DNA of 64,000 nucleotides from Escherichia coli (GCF_011045215.1 NZ_CP049201.1), one strand, 5' to 3'. Shown: positions 38,932 through 49,863, numbered from the stretch's first letter. Program-made: numbers and translations. The notes: generated by a model not told the origin, from the letters alone.

Positions 38932-39786
38932 ATGTTGTCCAAACAAATCCCGCTTGGCATCTATGAAAAAGCGCTCCCCGCCGGGGAGTGCTGGCTGGAA
39001 CGCCTGCAACTGGCAAAAACGTTGGGCTTCGATTTTGTCGAGATGTCGGTAGATGAAACGGACGAGCGCCTGTCGCGCCTCGACTGGAGCCGCGAGCAGC
39101 GTCTGGCGCTGGTCAATGCGATTGTTGAAACCGGCGTGCGCGTGCCGTCCATGTGCCTTTCTGCTCATCGTCGTTTCCCGCTGGGCAGTGAAGATGACGC
39201 GGTGCGGGCGCAGGGGCTGGAGATTATGCGTAAAGCTATCCAGTTCGCCCAGGATGTCGGTATTCGCGTGATCCAGCTGGCGGGCTATGACGTTTACTAT
39301 CAGGAAGCCAATAACGAAACGCGTCGTCGTTTCCGTGACGGCCTGAAAGAGAGCGTTGAGATGGCAAGCCGCGCGCAGGTGACGCTGGCGATGGAGATCA
39401 TGGATTATCCGTTGATGAACTCCATCAGCAAGGCGCTGGGCTACGCGCACTATCTCAACAATCCGTGGTTCCAGCTCTACCCGGATATCGGCAACCTGTC
39501 GGCGTGGGATAACGACGTGCAGATGGAGTTGCAGGCCGGAATCGGGCATATCGTCGCGGTGCATGTGAAAGACACCAAACCGGGCGTCTTCAAAAACGTG
39601 CCGTTTGGCGAAGGTGTAGTGGATTTCGAACGTTGTTTCGAAACGCTCAAACAGAGTGGCTATTGCGGGCCGTACCTGATTGAGATGTGGAGCGAAACGG
39701 CGGAAGACCCGGCGGCAGAAGTGGCGAAAGCGCGTGATTGGGTGAAAGCGCGCATGGCGAAAGCGGGCATGGTGGAGGCGGCATAA
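38932..39786 (+). CDS. ulaE: L-ribulose-5-phosphate 3-epimerase UlaE
   Basis: 284-aa ORF, TIM-barrel sugar-phosphate epimerase. Confidence 0.93.
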   Translation: MLSKQIPLGIYEKALPAGECWLERLQLAKTLGFDFVEMSVDETDERLSRLDWSREQRLALVNAIVETGVRVPSMCLSAHRRFPLGSEDDAVRAQGLEIMRKAIQFAQDVGIRVIQLAGYDVYYQEANNETRRRFRDGLKESVEMASRAQVTLAMEIMDYPLMNSISKALGYAHYLNNPWFQLYPDIGNLSAWDNDVQMELQAGIGHIVAVHVKDTKPGVFKNVPFGEGVVDFERCFETLKQSGYCGPYLIEMWSETAEDPAAEVAKARDWVKARMAKAGMVEAA

Positions 39787-40472
39787 TGCAAAAGCTAAAA
39801 CAGCAGGTGTTTGAAGCCAACATGGATCTGCCGCGCTATGGGCTGGTGACCTTTACTTGGGGCAACGTCAGCGCTATCGACCGCGAACGCGGGCTGGTGG
39901 TGATCAAGCCCAGCGGCGTTGCCTACGAAACCATGAAAGCGGCCGATATGGTGGTGGTTGATATGAGCGGCAAGGTGGTGGAAGGGGAGTATCGCCCATC
40001 TTCCGACACTGCGACGCATCTCGAACTCTACCGTCGTTACCCGTCGCTTGGCGGCATTGTCCATACCCACTCCACTCATGCCACCGCATGGGCGCAGGCG
40101 GGGCTGGCGATCCCGGCGTTAGGCACCACGCACGCTGACTACTTCTTTGGTGATATCCCGTGTACGCGTGGATTAAGCGAAGAAGAGGTGCAGGGTGAGT
40201 ATGAACTGAACACTGGCAAAGTGATTATCGAAACGCTGGGCAACGCCGAGCCGCTGCATACGCCGGGAATTGTGGTGTATCAGCACGGACCGTTCGCCTG
40301 GGGGAAAGATGCCCACGATGCGGTGCATAACGCGGTGGTGATGGAAGAAGTGGCGAAAATGGCGTGGATTGCGCGCAGTATTAACCCACAACTCAATCAC
40401 ATCGACAGCTTCCTGATGAATAAACACTTCATGCGTAAACACGGTCCTAACGCTTATTACGGGCAGAAGTAA
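39786..40472 (+). CDS. ulaF: L-ribulose-5-phosphate 4-epimerase UlaF
   Basis: 228 aa from [20 protein letters not shown]; class II aldolase/epimerase fold; start overlaps the ulaE stop by 1 nt. Confidence 0.93.
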   Translation: MQKLKQQVFEANMDLPRYGLVTFTWGNVSAIDRERGLVVIKPSGVAYETMKAADMVVVDMSGKVVEGEYRPSSDTATHLELYRRYPSLGGIVHTHSTHATAWAQAGLAIPALGTTHADYFFGDIPCTRGLSEEEVQGEYELNTGKVIIETLGNAEPLHTPGIVVYQHGPFAWGKDAHDAVHNAVVMEEVAKMAWIARSINPQLNHIDSFLMNKHFMRKHGPNAYYGQK

Positions 40473-40600
40473 AACACGCGCTGCGGAAATTTCCTTCTTC
40501 GGGAGATAACTGGTCTAATTCCGCAGCCGTTTTTCAAAAAAAGCCCCCTGCGAAGGGGGCAAAGCAAACTATGGCAATGTTTCGTTGGTTATACCTGGTG

Positions 40601-40876
40601 CTAGCGATAAATATCCGCGCTGGCGTGCATATTGCCGTTACTCCCCGGTTCCCGCATCAGAATTACGTGGTAGTACGTTGCGCCTTGCGCATCTGTTTCT
40701 TCATTTAATGCCTGACGTGCTTCGCTTTCAGTGGCGAAATTATGATTGATATAAATCACGCCTAAGCTTTGCACATCGTCCATATTTCTGGCCTGGTGGT
40801 TATTAATTTCAATGGCTGCCCATGTATTTGCACTTAGCAAAAGCACAGCCAGAAGGGCTAAAACACGACTGAACAT
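40601..40876 (-). CDS. yjfY: DUF1471 (YhcN/BhsA family) small periplasmic protein YjfY
   Basis: 91 aa from MFSRVLALLAVLLLSANTWA (signal peptide); DUF1471-like. Confidence 0.85.
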   Translation of the reverse strand: MFSRVLALLAVLLLSANTWAAIEINNHQARNMDDVQSLGVIYINHNFATESEARQALNEETDAQGATYYHVILMREPGSNGNMHASADIYR

Positions 40877-41184
40877 ACATACCTCCTCGACGGCTGACTT
40901 TGTGTGCTCTCCTCTGTGATGATCTTCTGATTTAATTTTAATCAATGATAAAGAAGTTGATGGTGACCATTTCTGATGCAGTTGTTCAAAAAAACACCAT
41001 GATGAAGTGTGATGAACTTCAAATCAGCGTGTTAGTCCACTTTGGTGAAAGATGAGATTTATTTGTCGGCTGGCCTTGAGTTTAGCGGGGTATGTCAGTA
41101 CTATAACGCGTCATTTTTCAGCCGACCTTTAACACGTTCCTTGCCTCCCCGGGATTCGGCTGACCCAGACAGGAGGCTGAATAA

Positions 41185-41598
<414 letters not shown>

Positions 41599-41604
41599 TT
41601 TCTG

Positions 41605-42151
<547 letters not shown>

Positions 42152-42180
42152 TCGGTCACGGTCCATTAATACGACTTTGA

Positions 42181-42642
<462 letters not shown>

Positions 42643-42663
42643 TTCGTTATTCAACGAGACGTA

Positions 42664-42695
42664 AAAACGCCGACCACTGGTCGGCGTTTTGCTTT
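42664..42695. terminator. Bidirectional intrinsic terminator between rplI and convergent yjfZ
   Basis: Stem CGCCGACCA ... TGGTCGGCG flanked by A-tract (AAAAA) on one side and T-tract (TTTTGCTTTCTATTTTT) on the other. Confidence 0.8.
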
Positions 42696-42712
42696 CTATT
42701 TTTCGTCAGGCA

Positions 42713-43507
42713 TTAATTTCGCAAGTAGATCCATTCACCATTCTCTTGTGTCCATAAGTCAGGATGGTTTGCTGGCGTTAGATACATATGAGCGCAACTG
42801 ATGTCTCGCTCCTGCGGCACTCGCTCAAAACCCAAACCCGAGTAGATTGCTGCTGAACTTGATAAGGAACGCAGACCAATTTTCAAATCATGGGGTAAAT
42901 CAGAATACGCGTTTAGCAATGCAGCAATGATGAATCCGAGGGCATTAGAAACGCCTGTAACAGTGCGAAGTTGGTCGATATAAAGATCGATTGTTGGTAG
43001 TTCAGATGACCAGCAATTAGGCATTTGGGCAGGAAGGGTTACAACGTATCCTATCGTTTGGCCGGTATAGTCTGGAGTACCATAACCAGGTCCCAAAACA
43101 ACCTCGTGTATTGTGTATCTACTGTTGGGTTCGAAGGATTCGACATCTTGCAATAAATATTTCAGTTCTGCGGTTAACCGCGCACCCGCGTAAGCTTTAT
43201 TGTATTTCTGGGCGTGAATATTATCTAATGTAGCTTCATGGTTCCATCCAAAAGAATTATCACCATTCATTGTTATTCCATCGTAAGCATTACACCTCGT
43301 CGCTAACTTATTGAATGCTTGCCAGTCTGAGAGATCTAGTTTGTGGATCTCAACAGTACGTCTGCCATCGCAATTATGATCTCTTCCACGATTTGAAAGT
43401 AATGTAGCGCGTGCGTATTGATGAAATTTTAATTTTACTGGTTTGTCGGTGGACGAAAAACGAGATAAATATGCAGGAAATGAATAAATAGTGGTTGGTA
43501 ATGTCAT
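42713..43507 (-). CDS. yjfZ: Uncharacterised protein YjfZ (DUF2686)
   Basis: 264-aa ORF in AT-rich DNA; recognised as YjfZ; no informative motifs. Confidence 0.85.
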   Translation of the reverse strand: MTLPTTIYSFPAYLSRFSSTDKPVKLKFHQYARATLLSNRGRDHNCDGRRTVEIHKLDLSDWQAFNKLATRCNAYDGITMNGDNSFGWNHEATLDNIHAQKYNKAYAGARLTAELKYLLQDVESFEPNSRYTIHEVVLGPGYGTPDYTGQTIGYVVTLPAQMPNCWSSELPTIDLYIDQLRTVTGVSNALGFIIAALLNAYSDLPHDLKIGLRSLSSSAAIYSGLGFERVPQERDISCAHMYLTPANHPDLWTQENGEWIYLRN

Positions 43508-43728
43508 TGTAATGTTACCTGTTTAATATTTTTACAAATATCGCAGCTGAATGTTCAAAGAAAAAGAATTGATATTAATAAAAATAAGTTTGTTTTCTGA
43601 AGTGGTGAAAATAGCGGATGGTGAAAGATATTAATATCAAAAATCGCTCATTATGGATATAACGATGCACCAGGGGAGAAAATGACTTCCACGCCTTACA
43701 CCGTACATTCTTGTTGTGCGGTATGTAA

Positions 43729-44078
43729 TTATTCTACGCTGTCGGTATTGGTGTATTCGTTAATCAGCAGGTTAACCAGCCACAAAAAGCCATTGAGAAA
43801 ATTATTGATTTTACATGGAATTATTATATTGCCAATCCTTGGTTTTTAAAAATTGTGCATAGTGAAAATCAAAGTAAAGGTGTGCATTATGCAAAATCAC
43901 AGCGTCTCTTAGAAATTACCCATGCGCACTTGCAGTTAATGGAATCCTTATTGGATGAAGGGAAGAAACACAATATTTTTAAGCCAGATATCGACCCATT
44001 TCAGGTGAATATTAATATTGCTGCGCTTGGGGGATATTATTTGATCAACCAGCATACGCTTGGCCTGGTTTATCCGGT
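43729..44078 (+). pseudogene. ytfA: TetR-family regulator fragment (C-terminal ligand-binding region only), apparently interrupted at its 3' end by the IS element
   Basis: Open frame from 43729 (GTG 43855 is the first listed start) encodes ...[30 protein letters not shown]...[16 protein letters not shown]..., resembling a TetR C-terminal domain; no N-terminal HTH is encoded upstream; from about 44080 the frame reads antisense through IS sequence. Confidence 0.6.
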
Positions 44079-44130
44079 GCGCCGTAAAACCCCGTCCTTC
44101 AGGGCGGGGATATACGGCGCGGTTTTCCAC

Positions 44131-44558
44131 CTAACCAGGTGTTTGCTGTTGTTCAATGTATTGACGGATGGCGGATATTGGCGCACCTCCGCAGCTACTG
44201 GCAAAATAGCCAGGACTCCACAAAACGCCTTTGTAGTAATACCTGACTGCAATATCTGGTCGATCTCGTCGCAGTAACCTACCCGATACGCCTTTGAGGC
44301 TGTTTACCAGACTGGATATCGCCAGTTTGGGAGGATAGTTAATTAACAAACGTGATCTGGTTCGCCATCCATTTCAACCAGTTCAGCTTCAAAATCAGCA
44401 CATACCTTTGAAAAGTAAGTGCGTAGTTTTTCTGTCGCGTCATGGTCAAAAATCTGGCGTCGGTATCTGGTGACAAAGACCAGGTGAACATGCATCAGGA
44501 AAACACAATGCCTTCCACGCCGGATATCGGTTTCTTTTTTCACAGACCAAAGTATCAT
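44131..44558 (-). pseudogene. tnpA: IS200/IS605 TnpA (Y1 HUH transposase), disrupted by a frameshift
   Basis: Two adjacent ORFs in different frames (44343..44558 and 44131..44349) together give a ~143-aa TnpA-like protein: ...HCVFLMHVHLVFVTRYRRQIF...EPDHV / [26 protein letters not shown]...[26 protein letters not shown]; the break is inside the HUH motif. Confidence 0.8.
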
Positions 44559-44565
44559 TTGGCCT

Positions 44566-45774
44566 GTGAAACGACTACAGGCATTTAAATTCCAGTTAAG
44601 ACCCGGTGGTCAACAGGAGCGTGAAATGAGGCGCTTCGCAGGCGCATGTCGTTTCGTTTTCAATCGTGCTCTGGCACGTCAGAATGAGAATCATGAGGCC
44701 GGTAATAAATACATCCCTTACGGGAAAATGGCTTCCTGGCTGGTTGAGTGGAAAAATGCCACTGAAACGCAATGGCTTAAAGATGCCCCGTCACAGCCAT
44801 TGCAACAGTCACTGAAAGACCTTGAGCGGGCTTACAAAAACTTCTTCCGGAAGCGGGCTGCTTTTCCCCGATTCAAAAAGCGGGGACAGAATGATGCATT
44901 CCGCTACCCGCAGGGCGTTAAGCTCGATCAGGAAAACAGTCGTATTTTTCTGCCGAAACTTGGCTGGATGCGCTACCGGAATAGCCGTCAGGTCACGGGT
45001 GTTGTGAAAAATGTCACTGTCAGCCAGTCCTGCGGTAAGTGGTACATCAGTATTCAGACTGAAAATGAAGTATCAACTCCGGTTCACCCTTCAGCATTAA
45101 TGGTCGGACTGGATGCTGGCGTGGCTAAACTCGCCACGCTGTCAGATGGCACAGTCTTTGGGCCTGTAAACAGTTTTCAGAAAAACCAGAAGACGCTGGC
45201 GAGACTTCAGCGACAGTTAAGCCGCAAGGTCAAATTCAGCAACAACTGGCAGAAGCAGAAACGCAAAATACAGCGACTGCATTCCTGTATCGCAAATATC
45301 CGCAGGGACTACCTTCACAAAGTCACAACGACCGTCAGCAAAAACCACGCAATGATAGTCATTGAGGATTTGAAGGTCAGCAACATGTCAAAGTCAGCAG
45401 CGGGTACGGTCAGCCAGCCGGGGCGCAATGTCCGGGCAAAATCAGGTTTAAACCGTTCGATACTGGATCAGAGCTGGTATGAAATGCGCCGCCAGCTTGA
45501 GTACAAGCAGCTCTGGCGTGGCGGTCAGGTGCTTGCTGTTCCGCCAGCGTACACAAGCCAGCGTTGCGCGTGCTGTGGTCATACAGCGAAAGAAAATCGC
45601 CTGTCACAAAGTAAATTCAGATGCCAGGCATGTGGATATACAGCGAACGCTGATGTAAATGGCGCTCGTAACATTTTAGCGGCGGGGCACGCCGTTCTTG
45701 CCTGTGGAGAGATGGTGCAGTCAGGCCGCCCGTTGAAGCAGGAACCCACCGAAATGATTCAGGCGACAGCCTGA
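44566..45774 (+). CDS. tnpB: TnpB (OrfB) of an IS200/IS605-family element; RuvC-like RNA-guided endonuclease family
   Basis: 402-aa ORF from GTG 44566; N-terminus [13 protein letters not shown]...[12 protein letters not shown] typical of TnpB; RuvC-I (VGLDAGV), RuvC-II (IVIEDLKV), zinc finger (CACCGH...CQACGY) and RuvC-III ([10 protein letters not shown]) all present; an alternative ATG at 44626 with an AGGAG SD would give 382 aa. Confidence 0.9.
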
Positions 45775-45908
45775 ACGTAGCAGGGATCCACGTCCTTCAG
45801 GGCGTGGAGGATGTCAACACATCAGTATGGTTTCACCCCAGGCACTGGAAGCCAGACGTAAGGTCATCAAAGAGACAATCCTTAGCTGGCTTTTGGTTGA
45901 CCCTTCAT

Positions 45909-46547
45909 CTACCGCGCACGAATAAAACTGCCATCCGGCTGGCGGGTGAACAGGACCTGTTGATTATTCCCCGTATCAATGGTTAAGCCCGTCACCACGC
46001 CGCTGGCGTTCTGGCGGATTTTCACCATCTGCCCGTTTTGCAAATTACTCAGCGGCTTACCCGCGCCTTCTACCTGCGCCATTGCATAGACATCGGTAGC
46101 GGGCAGTCCGTGGTCGCGGAACAGCTGCGCCATCGTTTTACCGGGTTCGACACGGTAAGAGCGCCATTGATTATCAATTCCGCTATCTGGCTGGAATGGT
46201 TGCGTTTGGGTAGTTTGCGGCTGTTCTTCTGGCTGGCCTTCCTGTATAGGTTCTGGAGCGACCGGAGCCACCTGATCAGGATCATTTTGTGGTGTGACTA
46301 ATTGCGCCCGCAGCTGTTCTTCTGTCGGCGGTTGTGATTGTGACTGAATATCTAACTGCGCTTCACGCGTCACCACCGGCGCGTTGAGCGTATCATCAGA
46401 TGGAAGCAGAAATCCGACCACCAATACAATGGCGGCAATAATGATCCCCCGACGATGCATCGGCGGCAGCGGGTCCATGAAGCGAAAATTGTCCGGCGCG
46501 TGCCAGACTTTCTCCAGGGTTGGTTTTAGTTCAAAGCGCCCGGGCAT
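45909..46547 (-). CDS. ytfB: Cell-division protein YtfB (OapA/LysM-like domain)
   Basis: 212 aa from [21 protein letters not shown]; TM anchor, Pro/Gln-rich linker, C-terminal OapA domain. Confidence 0.88.
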
Positions 46548-46765
46548 GGTTTCCTCCTGCTCCGCGTCTTGTTCCTCAATCATAGCCTATGAATAAGCTA
46601 ACGCTATGATGTCCGTGGTAAACCCGCCTTTATTATATTCATACGGGATATTGCTATTGTTTCTTTTTCCCCGTGATTTGTCATCATTCCCGCGACAAAG
46701 TTTTACCCAAAGAAGTGTGGCTGATATGCTGCCCGCTACTTTTATACCCTAAGAAAGGAAATACG

Positions 46766-47386
46766 ATGACCACCCCAACTTTTGACACCATCGAAGCGCA
46801 AGCAAGCTACGGCATTGGTTTGCAGGTAGGGCAACAACTGAGTGAATCTGGCCTGGAAGGGCTGCTGCCAGAAGCACTGGTTGCAGGTATTGCCGATGCG
46901 CTGGAAGGCAAACATCCGGCTGTTCCGGTTGATGTGGTGCATCGCGCGCTGCGTGAAATCCACGAGCGCGCCGATGCCGTTCGTCGTCAGCGTTTCCAGG
47001 CGATGGCTGCTGAAGGTGTGAAATACCTGGAAGAAAACGCCAAAAAAGAAGGTGTGAATAGCACCGAATCTGGCCTGCAATTCCGCGTGATCAACCAGGG
47101 TGAAGGCGCAATTCCGGCACGTACCGACCGCGTTCGTGTTCATTACACCGGTAAACTGATCGACGGCACCGTGTTTGACAGCTCCGTTGCTCGTGGTGAA
47201 CCCGCTGAATTTCCGGTTAATGGCGTGATCCCTGGCTGGATTGAAGCACTGACTCTGATGCCGGTAGGTTCTAAATGGGAACTGACTATCCCGCAGGAAC
47301 TGGCATATGGCGAGCGCGGCGCAGGCGCATCCATCCCTCCGTTCAGCACCCTGGTGTTTGAAGTCGAACTGCTGGAAATCCTCTAA
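46766..47386 (+). CDS. fklB: FKBP-type peptidyl-prolyl cis-trans isomerase FklB
   Basis: 206 aa from [20 protein letters not shown]; FKBP domain at the C-terminus. Confidence 0.93.
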
Positions 47387-47401
47387 GCAGCGCATTCTGT
47401 T

Positions 47402-47419
47402 CCCCTCGAACCAGAGGGG
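47402..47419 (+). terminator. Hairpin downstream of fklB (candidate terminator)
   Basis: CCCCTC-GAACCA-GAGGGG perfect 6-bp stem; no clear T-tract. Confidence 0.4.
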
Positions 47420-47694
47420 AGCAGGCATTCAGCAATAACCCCTTCAGTTTGCCAAACGGCGCTATTTTGTGTTGCAAAGACCCCGTAAGCGTGTATTTTT
47501 GTGAGCTGTTTCGCGTTATCACCGTGATATGACACTCACTTTAAACATAAAATTAACATTAGATCTAAATCTTAGTATTCATCCCGCGTATTGTTACCTA
47601 ATATCGATGAGTCCCGATACAGATTCGTCGTATCATAGACTGACTAAAGGCCGTAGAGCCTGAACAACACAGACAGGTACAGGAAGAAAAAAAC

Positions 47695-49107
47695 ATGGTA
47701 GATCAGGTAAAAGTCGTTGCCGATGATCAGGCTCCGGCTGAACAGTCGCTACGGCGCAATCTCACAAACCGACATATTCAGCTTATTGCCATTGGCGGTG
47801 CCATTGGTACGGGGTTGTTTATGGGGTCTGGCAAAACGATTAGCCTTGCCGGGCCGTCGATCATTTTCGTTTATATGATCATTGGTTTTATGCTCTTTTT
47901 CGTGATGCGGGCAATGGGGGAATTGCTGCTTTCGAATCTGGAATACAAATCTTTTAGTGACTTCGCTTCCGATTTACTCGGGCCGTGGGCAGGATATTTC
48001 ACCGGCTGGACTTACTGGTTCTGCTGGGTTGTAACCGGTATGGCAGACGTGGTGGCGATCACGGCTTATGCTCAGTTCTGGTTCCCCGATCTCTCCGACT
48101 GGGTCGCCTCGCTGGCGGTGATAGTGCTGCTGCTGACGCTTAACCTCGCCACCGTGAAAATGTTCGGTGAGATGGAGTTCTGGTTTGCGATGATCAAAAT
48201 CGTCGCCATTGTGTCGCTGATTGTCGTCGGCCTGGTCATGGTGGCGATGCACTTTCAGTCACCGACTGGTGTGGAAGCGTCATTCGCGCATTTGTGGAAT
48301 GACGGCGGCTGGTTCCCGAAAGGTTTAAGTGGCTTCTTTGCCGGATTCCAGATAGCGGTTTTCGCTTTCGTGGGGATTGAGCTGGTAGGTACAACAGCTG
48401 CGGAAACCAAAGATCCAGAGAAATCACTGCCACGCGCGATTAACTCCATTCCGATCCGTATCATTATGTTCTACGTCTTCGCGCTGATTGTGATTATGTC
48501 CGTGACGCCGTGGAGTTCGGTAGTCCCGGAGAAAAGCCCGTTTGTTGAACTGTTTGTGTTGGTAGGTTTGCCTGCGGCTGCCAGCGTGATCAACTTTGTG
48601 GTGCTGACCTCTGCGGCGTCTTCCGCTAACAGCGGCGTCTTCTCTACCAGCCGTATGCTGTTTGGTCTGGCGCAGGAAGGTGTGGCACCGAAAGCGTTCG
48701 CTAAACTTTCTAAGCGCGCAGTACCCGCGAAAGGGTTGACTTTCTCGTGTATCTGTCTGCTCGGCGGCGTAGTGATGTTGTATGTGAATCCTAGCGTGAT
48801 TGGCGCGTTCACGATGATTACAACCGTTTCCGCGATTCTGTTTATGTTCGTCTGGACAATTATCCTTTGCTCGTACCTGGTGTACCGCAAACAGCGTCCT
48901 CATCTGCATGAGAAGTCGATCTACAAGATGCCGCTCGGCAAGCTGATGTGCTGGGTATGTATGGCGTTCTTTGTGTTCGTGGTCGTGTTGCTGACACTGG
49001 AAGATGACACTCGCCAGGCGCTGCTGGTTACCCCGCTGTGGTTTATCGCGCTGGGGCTGGGCTGGCTGTTTATTGGTAAGAAGCGGGCTGCTGAACTGCG
49101 GAAATAA
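47695..49107 (+). CDS. cycA: D-serine / D-alanine / glycine : H+ symporter CycA (APC family)
   Basis: 470-aa ORF MVDQVKVVADDQAPAEQSLRRNLTNRHIQLIAIGGAIGTGLF... Confidence 0.95.
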   Translation: MVDQVKVVADDQAPAEQSLRRNLTNRHIQLIAIGGAIGTGLFMGSGKTISLAGPSIIFVYMIIGFMLFFVMRAMGELLLSNLEYKSFSDFASDLLGPWAGYFTGWTYWFCWVVTGMADVVAITAYAQFWFPDLSDWVASLAVIVLLLTLNLATVKMFGEMEFWFAMIKIVAIVSLIVVGLVMVAMHFQSPTGVEASFAHLWNDGGWFPKGLSGFFAGFQIAVFAFVGIELVGTTAAETKDPEKSLPRAINSIPIRIIMFYVFALIVIMSVTPWSSVVPEKSPFVELFVLVGLPAAASVINFVVLTSAASSANSGVFSTSRMLFGLAQEGVAPKAFAKLSKRAVPAKGLTFSCICLLGGVVMLYVNPSVIGAFTMITTVSAILFMFVWTIILCSYLVYRKQRPHLHEKSIYKMPLGKLMCWVCMAFFVFVVVLLTLEDDTRQALLVTPLWFIALGLGWLFIGKKRAAELRK

Positions 49108-49151
49108 CCGCATTATCATGCTGGATGGCGCAATGCCATCCAGCTTTTAGA

Positions 49152-49814
49152 TCACTCACCCGCCAGCGCGCGTGGGAACAGTACATTGTTTTCCAGGCTG
49201 ATGTGATCCATCAGGTCATCAATCAGTTCATTAATGCCGTTATACATCGCTTTCCAGGTGGTGCAGGCTTCCGGCGGCGGTGTGACGTTATTGGTAGTGT
49301 GTTTGATCACTTCCAGCAGTTCACCCGCTTCATCGTGCTCGCTTTCCATTACGCTGATTGGCCCCATTGCCTGGCTGCCCATGCCTTGTTTGATCATCGG
49401 GAAGAGGATCTGCTCTTCTTTCATCATGTGGCTGGAAAGCTCTTCATGCAGCATAGTCAGGTATTTTGTCAGCCCTTTTGGCACGCTCGGTTTGTCGGCG
49501 TGAACGCGCTCGACTTTAGTCGCTTGCAGGATCAGCTCCGGCAACTGCTCGCGGTGACGATCGTGGTAGCGCACGATGATATGGTCAATGATTTCTGCCA
49601 GCGGGGCGCTACGCCAGTCTTTCTCAATCGGTTGTTCAGCAAGCTTTGCCAGCTCAGCTTCAATGACCTCAACATTCAGCTCCTTACGTGCCGCTGCGCG
49701 CGCCAGCGTCTGCTTACCGCCACAGCAGTAATCCATATCATATTTACGAAACAGAGCTGAAGCGCGAGGAATAGAGAGCGCCAGTTCACCTAAAGGTTGG
49801 TCGCGATAAGCCAT
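49152..49814 (-). CDS. ytfE: Iron-sulfur cluster repair di-iron protein YtfE (RIC)
   Basis: 220-aa [36 protein letters not shown]... (ScdA_N plus hemerythrin-like domain). Confidence 0.95.
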   Translation of the reverse strand: MAYRDQPLGELALSIPRASALFRKYDMDYCCGGKQTLARAAARKELNVEVIEAELAKLAEQPIEKDWRSAPLAEIIDHIIVRYHDRHREQLPELILQATKVERVHADKPSVPKGLTKYLTMLHEELSSHMMKEEQILFPMIKQGMGSQAMGPISVMESEHDEAGELLEVIKHTTNNVTPPPEACTTWKAMYNGINELIDDLMDHISLENNVLFPRALAGE

Positions 49815-49840
49815 AGCTGATACCTCATTCTTAATAAGAT

Positions 49841-49863
49841 AAGATGTATTTTAAATGCATCTT
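49841..49863. promoter_or_regulatory. NsrR operator in the ytfE promoter
   Basis: AAGATGTATTTTAAATGCATCTT: 23-bp near-perfect palindrome matching the NsrR consensus, 27 nt upstream of the ytfE start codon. Confidence 0.85.

Larger units (their letters stand above)
44060..45825 (+). mobile_element. IS200/IS605-family insertion sequence (IS609-like): divergent tnpA (frameshifted) and tnpB, with subterminal hairpins; ends approximate (about +/-30 bp)
   Basis: Y1/HUH transposase ORF pair on the minus strand and a TnpB ORF on the plus strand; imperfect-palindrome hairpins with identical loop TCCTTCAGGG at 44090-44109 (left) and 45787-45808 (right). Confidence 0.8.

Noticed and set aside
38278-39564. 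428-aa minus-strand ORF antisense to ulaD and ulaE
   Set aside because: Spans two confidently identified ula genes on the opposite strand; His/Arg-rich low-complexity translation characteristic of antisense frames.
39738-40472. 244-aa ulaF ORF with Gly/His-rich N-terminal extension ([15 protein letters not shown]...)
   Set aside because: The extension overlaps the ulaE 3' end in another frame; the conserved protein starts at ATG 39786, giving the expected 228 aa.
43855-44277. 140-aa ORF as an intact ytfA gene
   Set aside because: Only the first ~75 codons look like a TetR C-terminal domain; the rest is antisense to the tnpA remnant, so the ORF is a chimera created by the insertion.
44343-44558. 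tnpA expressed through programmed ribosomal frameshifting
   Set aside because: IS200/IS605 TnpA proteins are single-frame; the break falls inside the HUH catalytic motif rather than at a slippery heptamer, so a disabling mutation is the simpler reading.
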